A stretch of DNA of 64,000 nucleotides, taken from contig JAPMXV010000045.1 of the NCBI GenBank assembly GCA_026936335.1, forward strand, positions 248,001-312,000, written 5' to 3'. The notes beneath the pieces were generated by a model, which was not told where the DNA came from, ran no database searches, and was given only the letters and a program-made list of their open reading frames with translations. Within the stretch, counting starts at the first letter, position 1; each line of letters starts with the position of its first letter. This stretch comes from Mantamonas sphyraenae STR306 (taxonomy: Eukaryota > Protista > CRuMs). Of this stretch, positions 10,177 to 22,030 are shown one piece after another. The position numbers were made by a program, and so were the translations under genes.

Positions 10177-13100
10177 ATGTCTACCAACTCTGCCATCAAC
10201 CCGCTTGCATACCAGCTGGAGGACTACGGATTCTCGTGGGCGTCCAAGGACGACCTTGATCTGGATCTGTACAGCCGGTATGTTGCCGCCCGTGTCTTTT
10301 TCGCGTTCCGCCAGCGCCGCGTTTGCGGAAGAGTGCCGTTTGGGCGTGGTTATTGGCGCAAAAATACACTGACACACGCATATGGCCACCCAATCACAGC
10401 CAGTTTTTCGTGCTCGGTGCGCAGACCCAGAAGGCTCTGGCGTCGTTCAACGTCCTGATCATCGGCGCCACCGGTGTCGCTGTTGAAGTCGGTACGTACG
10501 CGGATCGAATTCTCTGCTCGCTTTTGGCCCTCTCTTTCCGGCCGGATTGCGCCTGCTGCATGGTACCGCCCTCTCGCATCCGACCTGCAATGCACGCGAT
10601 GTCTGCACCATTGTCGATGCCTTGCGCCGCGACGATGGCCATGCAGCACGTCTCTGTGTCGTGTTTGGGCTTGCGGAAATTTGTGTGTGCCCTGTGAACC
10701 CTTTTTTTTCCGTGCCCTCCCGTTGACACGTGGCCTTCTCACCCGCCTGCCCACAGCCAAGAACGTCGTCCTGGCCGGTCCCAAGAGCGTCACCGTGGCA
10801 GACAACTCCCCCACGCAGTGGACGGACCTTGCTTCTCAGGTATGTGACCCCTGTCTTGCCAATCCACAAGCAAGCAAAACGAACCGTGTGACGAGATCAA
10901 GCGGATCAATTTCTTCTCCCCGCTCACACCGATGAAAATACACACGCACTGCAGTTCTACCTGAGCGAGGAGGACGTGGGCAAGCCCCGCGCTGCCTGCT
11001 GCGTGCCCAAGCTGGCCGAGCTCAACCCGCACACAGAGGTCCACGCCTACGACGGCGAACTCACCCAAGAGTTCCTCACGGGCTTCCAGTGCGTCGTCGT
11101 GTGCGACAGCAACGACGAAGAGGCACTCATCCAGTACAACGGATGGTGCCACGAGGCCAACGTACCCTTCATTGCCACCACATCCCGTGGCCTTGCCGGC
11201 TATGTGTTCAGCGACTTTGGCAAGGAGTTTACGGTCATCGACAAGACGGGCGAGGACGAGCTGAGCGGATACATCCTGGACATCTCGCCCGAGGGACTCG
11301 TGTCGTGCACAGACGACGAGCCGCATGGACTGTCCGACGAGGACTCTCTGACATTCAGCGAGGTGCAGGGCCTGAGCAGCCTGAACGGTTGCGAACCGGT
11401 GAAGATCCGTGTGGAGACGCCGTTCTCGTTCACGATCCAGAACTTTGCAGCCGAGGGCAAGTACGAGGGTGGTGGTCTGTGGAAGCAGGTCAAGGTGCCG
11501 GAGGTGATTGAGTTCAACACACTGGCCGATGAACTGGTCAAGCCGACCGAGTTTATGCTGACGGACTTTGGCAAGTTTGGACGCGCCGAGCAGCTGCACG
11601 TGCTGTTCCGTGGTCTGGACGCGTACCAGAAGGCCAACGACGGGGCACTGCCGCCTGCGGGCAACTTTGAGGCAGCAGCCCAGGTTGTGGAGCTGGCCAA
11701 GAAGTGGAACGAGGAGCAAAAGGCAGCTGGCAACTGGAGCCTGGACGGCTTTGGTGAGGGCGATGAGAACGAGAAGCTGTACAAGATGTTTGGAGCGTAC
11801 GCAATGGGCCAGCTGAACCCGATGGCAGCCTTCTTTGGCGGCGTGGTGGGCCAGGAGGTGATCAAGACGAGCGCAGGCAAGTTTGGACCGATCCGCCAGT
11901 GGCTGTACTTTGATGCGTTTGAATGCATGCCGGACGAGCTGCTGACGGACGCAAGCGAGTTTGAGCTGGAGGGGACGCGATACGACGGACAGATTGCTGT
12001 GTTTGGCAAGACGTTCCAGCAGAAGGTGCTTGAGCAGAACCTGTTTATGGTTGGCTGCGGAGCGCTCGGCTGCGAGTTCTTCAAGAACTTTGCCATGATG
12101 GGCCTGGGCGCAGGCAACGGCATGATCTACGTGACAGACATGGACACGATCGAGCGCTCGAACCTGAACCGCCAGTTCCTGTTCCGCGAGCCGAACATCG
12201 GCCAGCTGAAGAGCGAGGCGGCAAGCGAGGCGATCAAGAAGATGAACCCGAACATCAACGTGACGACGTACAAGATCCCTGTGGGCAACGACACGGAGGA
12301 CACGTTCAACGACGAGTTCTGGAACAACCTGTCCAACGTGGTCAACGCCCTGGACAGCGTGACCGCACGTCGCTACGTCGACGCCCGCTGCGTGTTCTAC
12401 AAGAAGGCGCTGCTGGAGTCTGGCACGCTGGGCACGATGGCCAACGTGCAGGTTGTGCTGCCGGGCAAGAGTGAGTCGTACGGCTCCACGCAGGATCCTG
12501 CGGGCAAGGAGATCCCCATGTGCACGCTCAAGAACTTCCCCAACCAGATCGAGCACTGCATCGAGTGGTCCCGAGACAAGTTCCAGGGCCTGTTCCGCAA
12601 CGACATGGACGCCACCGTCAAGTACCTGAAGGAGGGTGCCGAGTACCTGGAGACCATGCCCAAGCAGGTCAAGCACCCCGTCGTGATCCGCGAGACGCTG
12701 GAAGCCGTCAAGGCCACCCTGGAGTCGTCCGAGGGCGTCACCTTTGACAAGTGCATCGAGTGGGCCCGCCTGCGTTTCCAGGAGATGTACTACAACGCCC
12801 CGGTGCAGCTTCTGACTGTGTACCCGCCCGACTCGGTGACCGCCGAGGGCACGCCCTTCTGGAGCGGCCCCAAGCGCGCCCCGACCCCGGTCGAGTTTGA
12901 CAACACGGACGAGCTGCACATGGGCTTCATCATTGCGGCAGCCAACATCCGCGCGTTCAACTACGGCATCGAGGTGCCCGAGGACATCGCCACCAACCCG
13001 GAGTACTTCTCCAAGGTGCTGGCCGACGTGGTGCTGCCCGAGTGGCAGCCCAACAGCAACGCCAAGATCCACACGGACGACAAGGAGGCTGCTGCGGACG

Positions 13101-13921
13101 TCGGTGGCGAGGAGGACGAGGAGATCTCGGCGCGCTTGACCAAGGAGCTGAGCGACCCGTCTGCGTGGCAGCAGCTCAAGCTGCAGAGCGCCCACTTTGA
13201 GAAGGACGACGACAGCAACTTCCACATCGACTTTATCACGGCATGCTCCAACCTGCGCGCGCGCAACTACGTGCTGCAGGAGGCCGACCGCCAGGCAACC
13301 AAGAAGATTGCCGGTCGCATCATCCCGGCCATTGCCACCACCACGGCCATGATCACGGGTATGGTGATGCTGGAGCAGTACAAGCTGCTGCAGGGCCACA
13401 ATGAGCTGGAGTACTACAAGAACGGCTACATCAACCTGGGTGTGCCTTCCTTCCAGCTGTCTGAGACCGTGGGTGCCATGATGACCCGCCCCAAGGATCC
13501 CGAGGTCGTGCAAGCCAACCTGGACCTGATGGACGGCAAGGAGGTGTCTGAGGAGCTGCAAAAGAAGCTGAAGCGCCAGGAGAACCGACCGGACGTCACC
13601 TACCCGGCCGAGGGTTACAACCTCTGGGACCGTGTGGACATCGAGGGTGCCCTCACTGTGCAGGAGCTCATGGACGAGATCCAGAACAGGTGCGGCTTCG
13701 ACGTGGACATGATCACATACCCGCTGCCCAAGAAGACCGTGCCCCTGTGGATGCGTGGCAAGAAGTTCAACGACCGCAAGGCCCAGAAGGTCACCGACGT
13801 CTTTGAGGAGGCTGTTGGCACCTCCCTGGCTGGCAAGAACAGCCTCCAGATCGACGTGGTCTGCTCCAAGGACGGCGGCGACCTCGAGGCTGGCCTGCCG
13901 CCTGTGGTCCTCCACTGGTAA
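10177..13921 (+). CDS. UBA1: Ubiquitin-activating enzyme E1, 4 exons
   Basis: Exons 10177-10277, 10400-10491, 10757-10839, 10955-13921. Motifs LYSRQ, VGCGALGCE, DMDTIERSNLNRQFLFR, catalytic PMCTLKNFP (Cys codon 12521-12523), FEKDDDSNFHIDFI, KIAGRIIPAIATTT and UFD. Confidence 0.96.
10955..12111 (+). repeat. Direct repeat copy 1 (1157 bp, within UBA1)
   Basis: Matches 14361-15517 at constant offset 3406; five substitutions seen, all synonymous. Confidence 0.95.
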
Positions 13922-14016
13922 AGAACCGGGTGAGATGTGAGTGATGTGTGTGTGTGTGTGTGTGTGTGTGATTTTGCGACAACGTCGCCACGAAAAAACA
14001 ATACACACCGACCCGC

Positions 14017-17000
14017 ATGAGCAGCCGTAGCCATTCCAGTGCCTCTGCCACTACAAGCATGTATCCCAAGCTGCAGCCGGTGTGGGGAAACACCACATGG
14101 GAAGCCATGCGCGAGTTTTCGTTGTTGGTGATTGGAGCGAGCGGTGCAGGCGTCACTGCCGTACAGGACGTGTTGAGCCTAAGCCCACGCCAGGTTGTCG
14201 TGTCAGACTCGACAGAGACGACATGGGCTGATGTCAGCTCCAACGTAGGTGGTGCCGGCGTTTGTTGTTTGAGAGGAACAAACACACCCACAGGCCGCTC
14301 TCTCTCGCTCACACTCACACACACGCACCGCTCACACACCGACACACACACGCATTGCAGTTCTACCTGAGCGAGGAGGACGTGGGCAAGCCCCGCGCTG
14401 CCTGCTGCGTGCCCAAGCTGGCCGAGCTCAACCCGCACACAGAGGTCCACGCCTACGACGGCGAACTCACCCAAGAGTTCCTCACGGGCTTCCAGTGCGT
14501 CGTCGTGTGCGACAGCAACGACGAAGAGGCACTCATCCAGTACAACGGATGGTGCCACGAGGCCAACGTACCCTTCATTGCCACCACATCCCGTGGCCTT
14601 GCCGGCTATGTGTTCAGCGACTTTGGCAAGGAGTTTACGGTCATCGACAAGACCGGCGAGGACGAGCTGAGCGGATACATCCTGGACATCTCGCCCGAAG
14701 GACTCGTGTCGTGCACAGACGACGAGCCGCATGGATTGTCCGACGAGGACTCTCTGACATTCAGCGAGGTGCAGGGCCTGAGCAGCCTGAACGGTTGCGA
14801 ACCGGTGAAGATCCGTGTGGAGACGCCGTTCTCGTTCACGATCCAGAACTTTGCAGCCGAGGGCAAGTACGAGGGTGGTGGTCTGTGGAAGCAGGTCAAG
14901 GTGCCGGAGGTGATTGAGTTCAACACACTGGCCGATGAACTGGTCAAGCCGACCGAGTTTATGCTGACGGACTTTGGCAAGTTTGGACGCGCCGAGCAGC
15001 TGCACGTGCTGTTCCGTGGTCTGGACGCGTACCAGAAGGCCAACGACGGGGCACTGCCGCCTGCGGGCAACTTTGAGGCAGCAGCCCAGGTTGTGGAGCT
15101 GGCCAAGAAGTGGAACGAGGAGCAAAAGGCAGCTGGCAACTGGAGCTTGGACGGCTTTGGTGAGGGCGATGAGAACGAGAAGCTGTACAAGATGTTTGGA
15201 GCGTACGCAATGGGCCAGCTGAACCCGATGGCAGCCTTCTTTGGCGGCGTGGTGGGCCAGGAGGTGATCAAGACGAGCGCAGGCAAGTTTGGACCGATCC
15301 GCCAGTGGCTGTACTTTGATGCGTTTGAATGCATGCCGGACGAGCTGCTGACGGACGCAAGCGAGTTTGAGCTGGAGGGAACGCGATACGACGGACAGAT
15401 TGCTGTGTTTGGCAAGACGTTCCAGCAGAAGGTGCTTGAGCAGAACCTGTTTATGGTTGGCTGCGGAGCGCTCGGCTGCGAGTTCTTCAAGAACTTTGCC
15501 ATGATGGGCCTGGGCGCGGTGTACGCAGGCGGAGCTGAGGCAGACGAAATCGAAGAGGCGTCGGCGGCTGCAAGGGCAAACAGCAACACGTTCCAGGTGC
15601 ACACGTTGGACCCATCGCCAGAGTTGGTGATCGACCAGGCTGTAGTGCGTGAGGTACGTCTGGGTGTGACAACACGGTTCCAAGCGAAAACCAACGCAGT
15701 TGCAGCGCCCCTGGGCGCAAGCATCATCGACGCGGGAGTGTTTGGCGTGCTGGGCAATGCTTGCATGCAAATCCGCGATGTGTGTGACATGTTGACCACA
15801 CAGGAGGAGGGGGATGGCCTTCCCATGCCGATGGGATTCCCCAAATCGCACAAGCACCTGCTCAGCCACGCCAGGCGATCTTTGCACGGTTTAGTGCAGG
15901 CCCTGGTGGACCTTGGCAACAATGAGGCGTTTGCAAGCGCACAGGGTTACCAGCGGGAAGTGCAACTGGCAATGATGCGTGCGACGGCGGGGGTGGACTG
16001 GGACGGGGAAGACGCAGCCGCTGTGCGCTCCGCGCTGTACGAGTGTGCATTGTTTGCATGGGACGAGGTAGGTGTGGCTAACCCTACTCGAATCCTGGAG
16101 ACATGGCCTGAAGACAGTGACGTGTGGCAGAAACACAGGATGCCGCACTGTGTAGGACATTTAGACGCAGGCAATCAAGAACACCGCGAATTTGTGGTGT
16201 GGATGGCTGCGATGTTTGCCAAATTGCTTGATGTGACCCTGGAGGGCCACCCGGACGACGACGAGGTTGCACATGCTATCCAGAGCCACAAACACTTGGT
16301 CCCGTTGTCTGCCGACAACAACGAAGAGTCAGGGTTGGGATCAGAGGACCAAAGTGCTTCGCACGCAAAGGCCATGATGGCTGAACTGGAGGAGTTGGAT
16401 GGCAAGCAGCTGTTTCGACAGCGCCTTGCCGGCAAGGATGACATTCCGTTGGCATCGACGTACCCCGAAGAGTTTGTGTTTGCCATGATCGCCACGAACC
16501 GGCTTATGGCAGATGTGTATCACATGCACAAGCAACCAGGGACCTGGGTGCGTCGCATGCTCTGGAGCGAACCTGGCAGCCCGCGGCTGATGCCTCCATG
16601 TCCATCAACCGTGTCACAAGTGGCGGGATTCGTTGGGCTGCAAGTGTTCATGGCCATGCAAGAGCCACACAGTACCGAACAAATGCGCGACGTGTTCTTG
16701 TCGGCACCCGGGACGATGGTAATGTCAGAACCCAGGGAGGTGCACAGGCGCGAGCTGCTGGATCCGAACGGAGACAAGGATGCGTTGGGGGCATTGGACG
16801 CTCTCACTGAATCTCGTCCAGACGGTGGATTGACTTGCTGGGATGCGTGGGTGTGGGACGCACGCGAGCTGGGATTGGAGACGGTGGGCCAGCTCAAGCA
16901 GTACATGAGCGAACACCTGGCCATCACCCCGGACGTGTTTACCATGCAATTGCTCGGACAAGACGCGGGACATGTCAAGGCCGTGTGGTGCAGTCATGAT

Positions 17001-17165
17001 TTTCGACCCCGTCCGCAACCGTGGGACACCTCGTTGGAGGAATTTCTGCTTGGTCAGAGCGAGTGGCCGGCCAACAGCTCGTTTGTGCGCATCGATGTGT
17101 CTGCCACAGCAGAGGATGGAGAAGCGGGCATTGACGTAGCGCCCATCATGCTGAGGATGCGATGA
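14017..17165 (+). CDS. Divergent full-length UBA1 paralog lacking the catalytic Cys and ATP-binding motif (pseudo-E1), 2 exons
   Basis: Exons 14017-14244 and 14361-17165; uninterrupted frame. 14361-15517 is near-identical to UBA1; the rest aligns distantly to the AAD, SCCH and UFD. Confidence 0.8.
14361..15517 (+). repeat. Direct repeat copy 2 (1157 bp, within UBA1 paralog)
   Basis: Matches 10955-12111; identity starts at the shared 3' splice site and ends abruptly after GGCCTGGGCGC. Confidence 0.95.
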
Positions 17166-17215
17166 TTGGGATGAGCGCTGTGGAAACCAGGCAAAAGCAA
17201 CAAACAACGCGTCTC

Positions 17216-18070
17216 ATGTCGTCCACACCAAGTTTCATCATCACAGGAGCATCCCGCGGGTACGGAGCATGCATTGCAGAGGTGTTGGCGAGCGAATACA
17301 CAGGGGCACGATTCGCTCTTGTGGCAAGGTCGAAGGAGGCGCTGGAATCGGTGGCGTCTGAGTTGAGCGGAGTTGCAAGTGTAGAGTCGTTTGCTATGGA
17401 CTTGAGTGCAAACTCGAGCGAGTTGTTTGATGCGTGGACGGCCATGCTTGACACTTTGAACACAAACGGATTTTGGCAAGAGTGCTCGCAGGCGATCCTG
17501 GTGCACAACGCAGGCAGCCTGGGCCCCACCAAGAAGCTGGACGAGTTTACACGCGAAGACTTGGCGGATATGACGGCGTACATGAATCTGAACGTGGTGG
17601 CCAACATGGTGGGCACCTCGCTGACGCAGCAAGCAGTGGCAGCAGCGGGAGTGGGCGAGTTCACGCAGGTGAACATCTCTTCGCTACTGGCGGTGCAGCC
17701 GTTTGCCGGACACGCAACGTACTGCACAGGGAAAGCAGCACGGGACATGCTGAGCCAGGTGGTGGGTGCAGAGGCGAATGTTGATGATGACGGTCAAGAA
17801 GGACCCAACAACCTGCGCGTGCGCACTCTCAACTGGAGCCCTGGACCCATGGAGACGGACATGCAGGTCAAACTGCGTGCTGGTGGCGTACACCAACAGT
17901 CGTTTCAGGATCTCAAAGACAAGGGGGGTCTTGTGGACCTCGAGGTCAGTGCCCGCGCCATGGTCAAGGTCTTGCAAGCTGACGAGTACGAGTCTGGCGC
18001 ACATGTCGATGTCTACGACGTCCTGGATGTGTCCCGCGACAACGGGCCGCAAGAGGACGGTGCCGAGTGA
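17216..18070 (+). CDS. SPR: Sepiapterin reductase (SDR family)
   Basis: ITGASRGYG, LVHNAGSLG, YMNLNV, VNISSL, YCTGKAARDML, LNWSPGPMETDMQ, ESGAHVDVYD; alternative ATG at 17171. Confidence 0.88.
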   Translation: MSSTPSFIITGASRGYGACIAEVLASEYTGARFALVARSKEALESVASELSGVASVESFAMDLSANSSELFDAWTAMLDTLNTNGFWQECSQAILVHNAGSLGPTKKLDEFTREDLADMTAYMNLNVVANMVGTSLTQQAVAAAGVGEFTQVNISSLLAVQPFAGHATYCTGKAARDMLSQVVGAEANVDDDGQEGPNNLRVRTLNWSPGPMETDMQVKLRAGGVHQQSFQDLKDKGGLVDLEVSARAMVKVLQADEYESGAHVDVYDVLDVSRDNGPQEDGAE

Positions 18071-18165
18071 TGTGCTCTGCCGCCGTGGGCAAGCGGGGGT
18101 GGCTGGGAAATGGAGTTTGTGGACATTCGCCGAAATCGTCGTTTTCTCTTGCTCTCACAGCTGGA

Positions 18166-18564
18166 TCAATAGCCATTGCCACGAAACTCTTCCAGCAAAT
18201 TCAAAACCTCATCGTCTTTGTGCTCCTTGGCCATATCGAACAAACTCTCGTCTTTCTCCATGCCCACGAGGGTGATTTGTGCGCCGTTCTCCAACAGCAC
18301 GCGCACAATCTCCACGTACGCGTACCGGACGGCATGGGCCAATGCAGTCCATCCCCCGACATCCTTAGCATCGATATCGGCCCCTTTGGACAGCAAGGCC
18401 TTCACCGTGTCCGTGTGGCCGGCAACGGTGGCTTTGATGAGCGCGGTTTCGTCCCACTCGTCGTCGGTGTTGACGTTGACCACTCCTTTGTTCAGCATGT
18501 TGATTACCGTCCCTGTTTTGCCTTTGCTGGCAGCGTTGAGGAACTTTGTGTCTGCATTGCCCAT
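18166..18564 (-). CDS. Small ankyrin-repeat protein, possible N-myristoylation (MGNADT)
   Basis: Three to four ankyrin repeats: ETALIKATVAGHTDTVKALLSKGADID, GWTALAHAVRYAYVEIVRVLLENGA. Confidence 0.85.
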   Translation of the reverse strand: MGNADTKFLNAASKGKTGTVINMLNKGVVNVNTDDEWDETALIKATVAGHTDTVKALLSKGADIDAKDVGGWTALAHAVRYAYVEIVRVLLENGAQITLVGMEKDESLFDMAKEHKDDEVLNLLEEFRGNGY

Positions 18565-18692
18565 GATGCCAGTCGTGTTTGCGCAGCGCTCGCAACTCGC
18601 AACGGACCTGCGGCAGAGAGGCAATCCAAGTGACCCCGATGATGCCATCGGTGGATGGATAACAGTGGCAATGATGCACTCGCATTCTTCAT

Positions 18693-20690
18693 TCAAGCGT
18701 CTTCCTCACACAGGGGCTGGGCGTCGAGCGAGAACAGCGCCATGTCGCACTTGCTCGAGACAGTGGCAGCCACGTGGAGGGTGGGGTGGAACTCCAGGCC
18801 CTCGATGGAACCGTAGTGGAGTTTGCTGCGATGCGACCAGGTATCTGTGTTGGACAGGGGCTCAAACGTGTACGCCCAGCCGTCTTCGGTGACACACACG
18901 ACGTGATGGCGGTGGGTGTGGTCATGGATGGCCAAGTAGGTGACGTACAGGTCCTTGGTGCGGTAAGCGACGACGAGATCCCACGACAGGGGATCAAACA
19001 CAAGCACCTGGCGATCGTCGCTGCAAGTGACCAGGAGCTCCGCGTCGTCAAACAAGCTCCATCGGACACAGGTCACAGCCATCGTGTGACCAAGAAGAGT
19101 GGTGACGAGTTCCAACCCTTTGTCGCCATCGTCATGTGAGGTCGGAAGCGACCACACGCACGTGGTCTGGTCTTCGCTGCAGGTGGCAATGGCGCTGCCA
19201 TCGGGCTTCCAAGCCACGTTCCATATTTCTTGGCCCACCTCATGGGCTTGGACTTCGTTCAGAACCGTGCTGAGGTCTGCAGCGGCTGCAATGCGGAGGA
19301 GACCCGTGGAGTCGCCGACAGCGAGCAGTTTGCCGTCGTCGCTGAATTGGACGCAGGTGATGCAGCCATTGCCTGTGAGGGCATCCATGCGTGTGGCAGA
19401 AGCGCTGTCTTGAACGGAAACGACGACAAGGTCGCCGCTGAAGCAGCCACAGACGAGATCCGAGTCGTTGGCAAAGGCCATGGATCGTACGCCACTTTCC
19501 AGCTTGATCTCACGGTGGCGGAAGCACATGGCATCGAATTTGCTTGTGCTCGCATCCATGTTGCTTGTGTCCAGGGCATCTAGGTCACAGTCCCACAGCA
19601 TCACGTTGCCTGCCATGTCGCCTGTGGCAAGCATGTCGCCCGCGGGATTCCATGCAAGGGCGCACGCGGCCAGCTCGTGGTATGCCAATGTGTGTGTTTC
19701 CTGGGTTTGCATGTCGGCCATGGTGACGGCCCCTTCGTTGCTCACACACCACAGGTGGTCCTGGTGGGCTCCGAAGCCCACGAAACGCAGTTCCCCAGAT
19801 GGCAGATCCTTCTGGGTGTGCGTCACCTTACCATCGTTGACATTGACTAGCAACACTTCGCCAAACAAGCCTGGGACGGCCAACATGTCGTCACGGCCCG
19901 CCATGGCACGGATCAAGCCGTTCTTCTTGATGTCCAGTGTCCACAGCTGCTCAAACGGGGACGAGGAAGCACCGTCGAGCATGTACAGGGATCCATCGGA
20001 GCGGGAAACGGCGATTCGGTTGGATTCAGGAATGTACAGGATGCAACTGACGTTGCGGGAGCCCGGAAGGACGGGACACAGGAGATCGCCGTCGATGGCG
20101 AGTCCCCACTCGGCATCCGACTCGTCCACGACCTCGTTGTCGGGCAGTCTACGTGGCCCCACGCACACCAGTTCGTTTTTGGGTGTGTACGCAATGTGTG
20201 TGGCCACAATGTCATCCACAACGTGGTTGGTGACGTTTGCACCGAAACCGGGAATTCGAGCGAGAAGTGGGACGGAAACCACGTGGCCACACAGGGCCAC
20301 GGCGGACACAGAGGCACCGTCGTGGCTCAATGCCAGGCTACGGACAAAGTAGTCGTGTTCGTCTGTGAATCCGTGTGGTTTGATGTCCATCGTGTGCAGG
20401 AGCTCGAGTTTGTTGTTGTCGAGGAGAGCGACGAGCGCCAGGTGGCCCGTGGCAGAGGCTACGACCACGTGACGTTGCTTGAAGGAATGGGAGGCGTTTG
20501 GGACCTCGAGGAGACAGGTGATGTGTCCGATGGATGGGTGGAGGGCATCGAGCTTGGCGTGGTCTGGCACAGACCACAGGGTGACAAAGGTGGACAAAGG
20601 GAGGAGAACGGTGGTGTCATCGAGAGGCAGGGCAGCCTGGTGGCTTTGGGCAGTGGCTGTGCCGAGTGCCTGAAGAATGGTGTGGCCCAT
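18693..20690 (-). CDS. WD40-repeat protein (probable double propeller)
   Basis: LAWNPAGDMLATGD..VMLWD, ITCVQFSDDGKLLAVGD, IWNVAWKPDGSAIATCSEDQTTCVW, LGHTMAVTCVRW; start ATG 20690 inferred. Confidence 0.85.
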   Translation of the reverse strand: MGHTILQALGTATAQSHQAALPLDDTTVLLPLSTFVTLWSVPDHAKLDALHPSIGHITCLLEVPNASHSFKQRHVVVASATGHLALVALLDNNKLELLHTMDIKPHGFTDEHDYFVRSLALSHDGASVSAVALCGHVVSVPLLARIPGFGANVTNHVVDDIVATHIAYTPKNELVCVGPRRLPDNEVVDESDAEWGLAIDGDLLCPVLPGSRNVSCILYIPESNRIAVSRSDGSLYMLDGASSSPFEQLWTLDIKKNGLIRAMAGRDDMLAVPGLFGEVLLVNVNDGKVTHTQKDLPSGELRFVGFGAHQDHLWCVSNEGAVTMADMQTQETHTLAYHELAACALAWNPAGDMLATGDMAGNVMLWDCDLDALDTSNMDASTSKFDAMCFRHREIKLESGVRSMAFANDSDLVCGCFSGDLVVVSVQDSASATRMDALTGNGCITCVQFSDDGKLLAVGDSTGLLRIAAAADLSTVLNEVQAHEVGQEIWNVAWKPDGSAIATCSEDQTTCVWSLPTSHDDGDKGLELVTTLLGHTMAVTCVRWSLFDDAELLVTCSDDRQVLVFDPLSWDLVVAYRTKDLYVTYLAIHDHTHRHHVVCVTEDGWAYTFEPLSNTDTWSHRSKLHYGSIEGLEFHPTLHVAATVSSKCDMALFSLDAQPLCEEDA

Positions 20691-20756
20691 TGGGGGGGGG
20701 AAGGTGGCGTTTGTGTTGTGTGGCTGCGGGCGTGGGGCAGGCCAGCGTTTTTGAAC

Positions 20757-21830
20757 ATGTTCAAGCGGGGCACAAACACACTGCAGCAGATGGGCACGCG
20801 TGCGTCGGTGCGTGTGCTCACTGCGCAGCCAAACGTGTACATGCCTGCGGAGCAGGAGCTGCGCGCTGTGCTGCAGCCTCAGCTGACACTGAGCGGCGAG
20901 GACAAGCCAGAGCTTCGACAGCGAGGCCACCCTCAGTCTTGCGCCCGAGGTGTTTGGTGCACCCGTGCGTCGCGACATTATGCACCGGGTGGTGCTGTGG
21001 CAGCGCAACAAGGCGCGTCAGGGGACGCACAAGACTAAAACCATCTCCGAGGTGTCCGGCACAGGCAAGAAGCCGCACCCGCAAAAGGGCACGGGACGCG
21101 CGCGTCAGGGAAGGTGAGTGTCCAAAAACACAGCAGCCTGTGCTTGTTGGAGCCCTAGCGTAGGAGACGACGCTGTGTACGCAGGCTAGCGTGGGCTTGT
21201 ACAAGCTCGGGAGGCAGACGAGAGCGAGGCTGCATTTCAGCGGCGGGTTTTTGCCAGGGCTTTGGCAAGGCACAGCAGGCACTGACACGTACAAACACAC
21301 CCGCATGCGATCCCCCGCTTGGCATACAACCTCTGGAATGTGTCACCAGCCGGCGCTCTGTGCATATGCGAGGCGGCGCGACGATGTTTGGTCCGCAGCC
21401 GCGGTCGCACGCCACAAAGTTGCCCAAGAAGGTGCGACAGATGGGTCTGCGCAGTGCTCTGTCGGCCAAGGCGGTGATGGGCCAGTTGATTGTGCTGGAA
21501 GATGACAGTGCGCTGGTGGAGGCCAAGACGGGCCTGTTGGAGGCAGAGGCAATTGCACGCGGGTGGAGCACGGGCGCGTATGCAGGTGTGGAGCAGAGTG
21601 TGCAGTCGCCACAGGTGGATGTGCAGTTGAACAGCAACCCGCGAGTACTGCTTGTGGAAGGGGCAGATATGGTCGACGAGCTGGACACAAACCTGCTCCT
21701 GGCCAGTGCAAACATCCCCTGGCTGTCGGTGCTGCCTCACGTGGGACTCAATGTGTACGATATGTTGCTGGCAAACACCCTGGTGCTCACGCGCCCGGCC
21801 ATGGAGAAGCTCACGGAGAGGCTTGCGTGA
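20757..21830 (+). CDS. MRPL4: Mitochondrial ribosomal protein uL4m
   Basis: [59 protein letters not shown], intron 21114-21349, then [28 protein letters not shown]. Joining to ATG 20757 needs either an intron 20808-20910 or a frameshift near 20910. Confidence 0.88.
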
Positions 21831-21892
21831 TGGGATGATCCTCAATGAACTTTTTCACGTCATAGAAAACACCATGACTTTCCTGCATGCCC

Positions 21893-21926
<34 letters not shown>

Positions 21927-21950
21927 GTGTGTGTGTGTGTGTGAGAGTGT
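21893..21950. repeat. Compound (GT)n(GA)n(GT)n microsatellite
   Basis: Read directly from sequence. Confidence 0.9.
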
Positions 21951-22030
21951 GGGTGCATGTCCCACAGGAAAACCGTGGAGGTGAGTTTGCTGGTGTCCCG
22001 TGCGCGAACTCTGGCAATTCAACTGGATCA

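Noticed and set aside
10790-14008. 1072-aa minus-strand ORF (and similar long ORFs at 13791-15887, 27651-30011, 33625-34929, 45697-47478, 56170-58002)
   Set aside because: Antisense shadows of well-supported genes with GC-rich third positions; no recognisable motifs.
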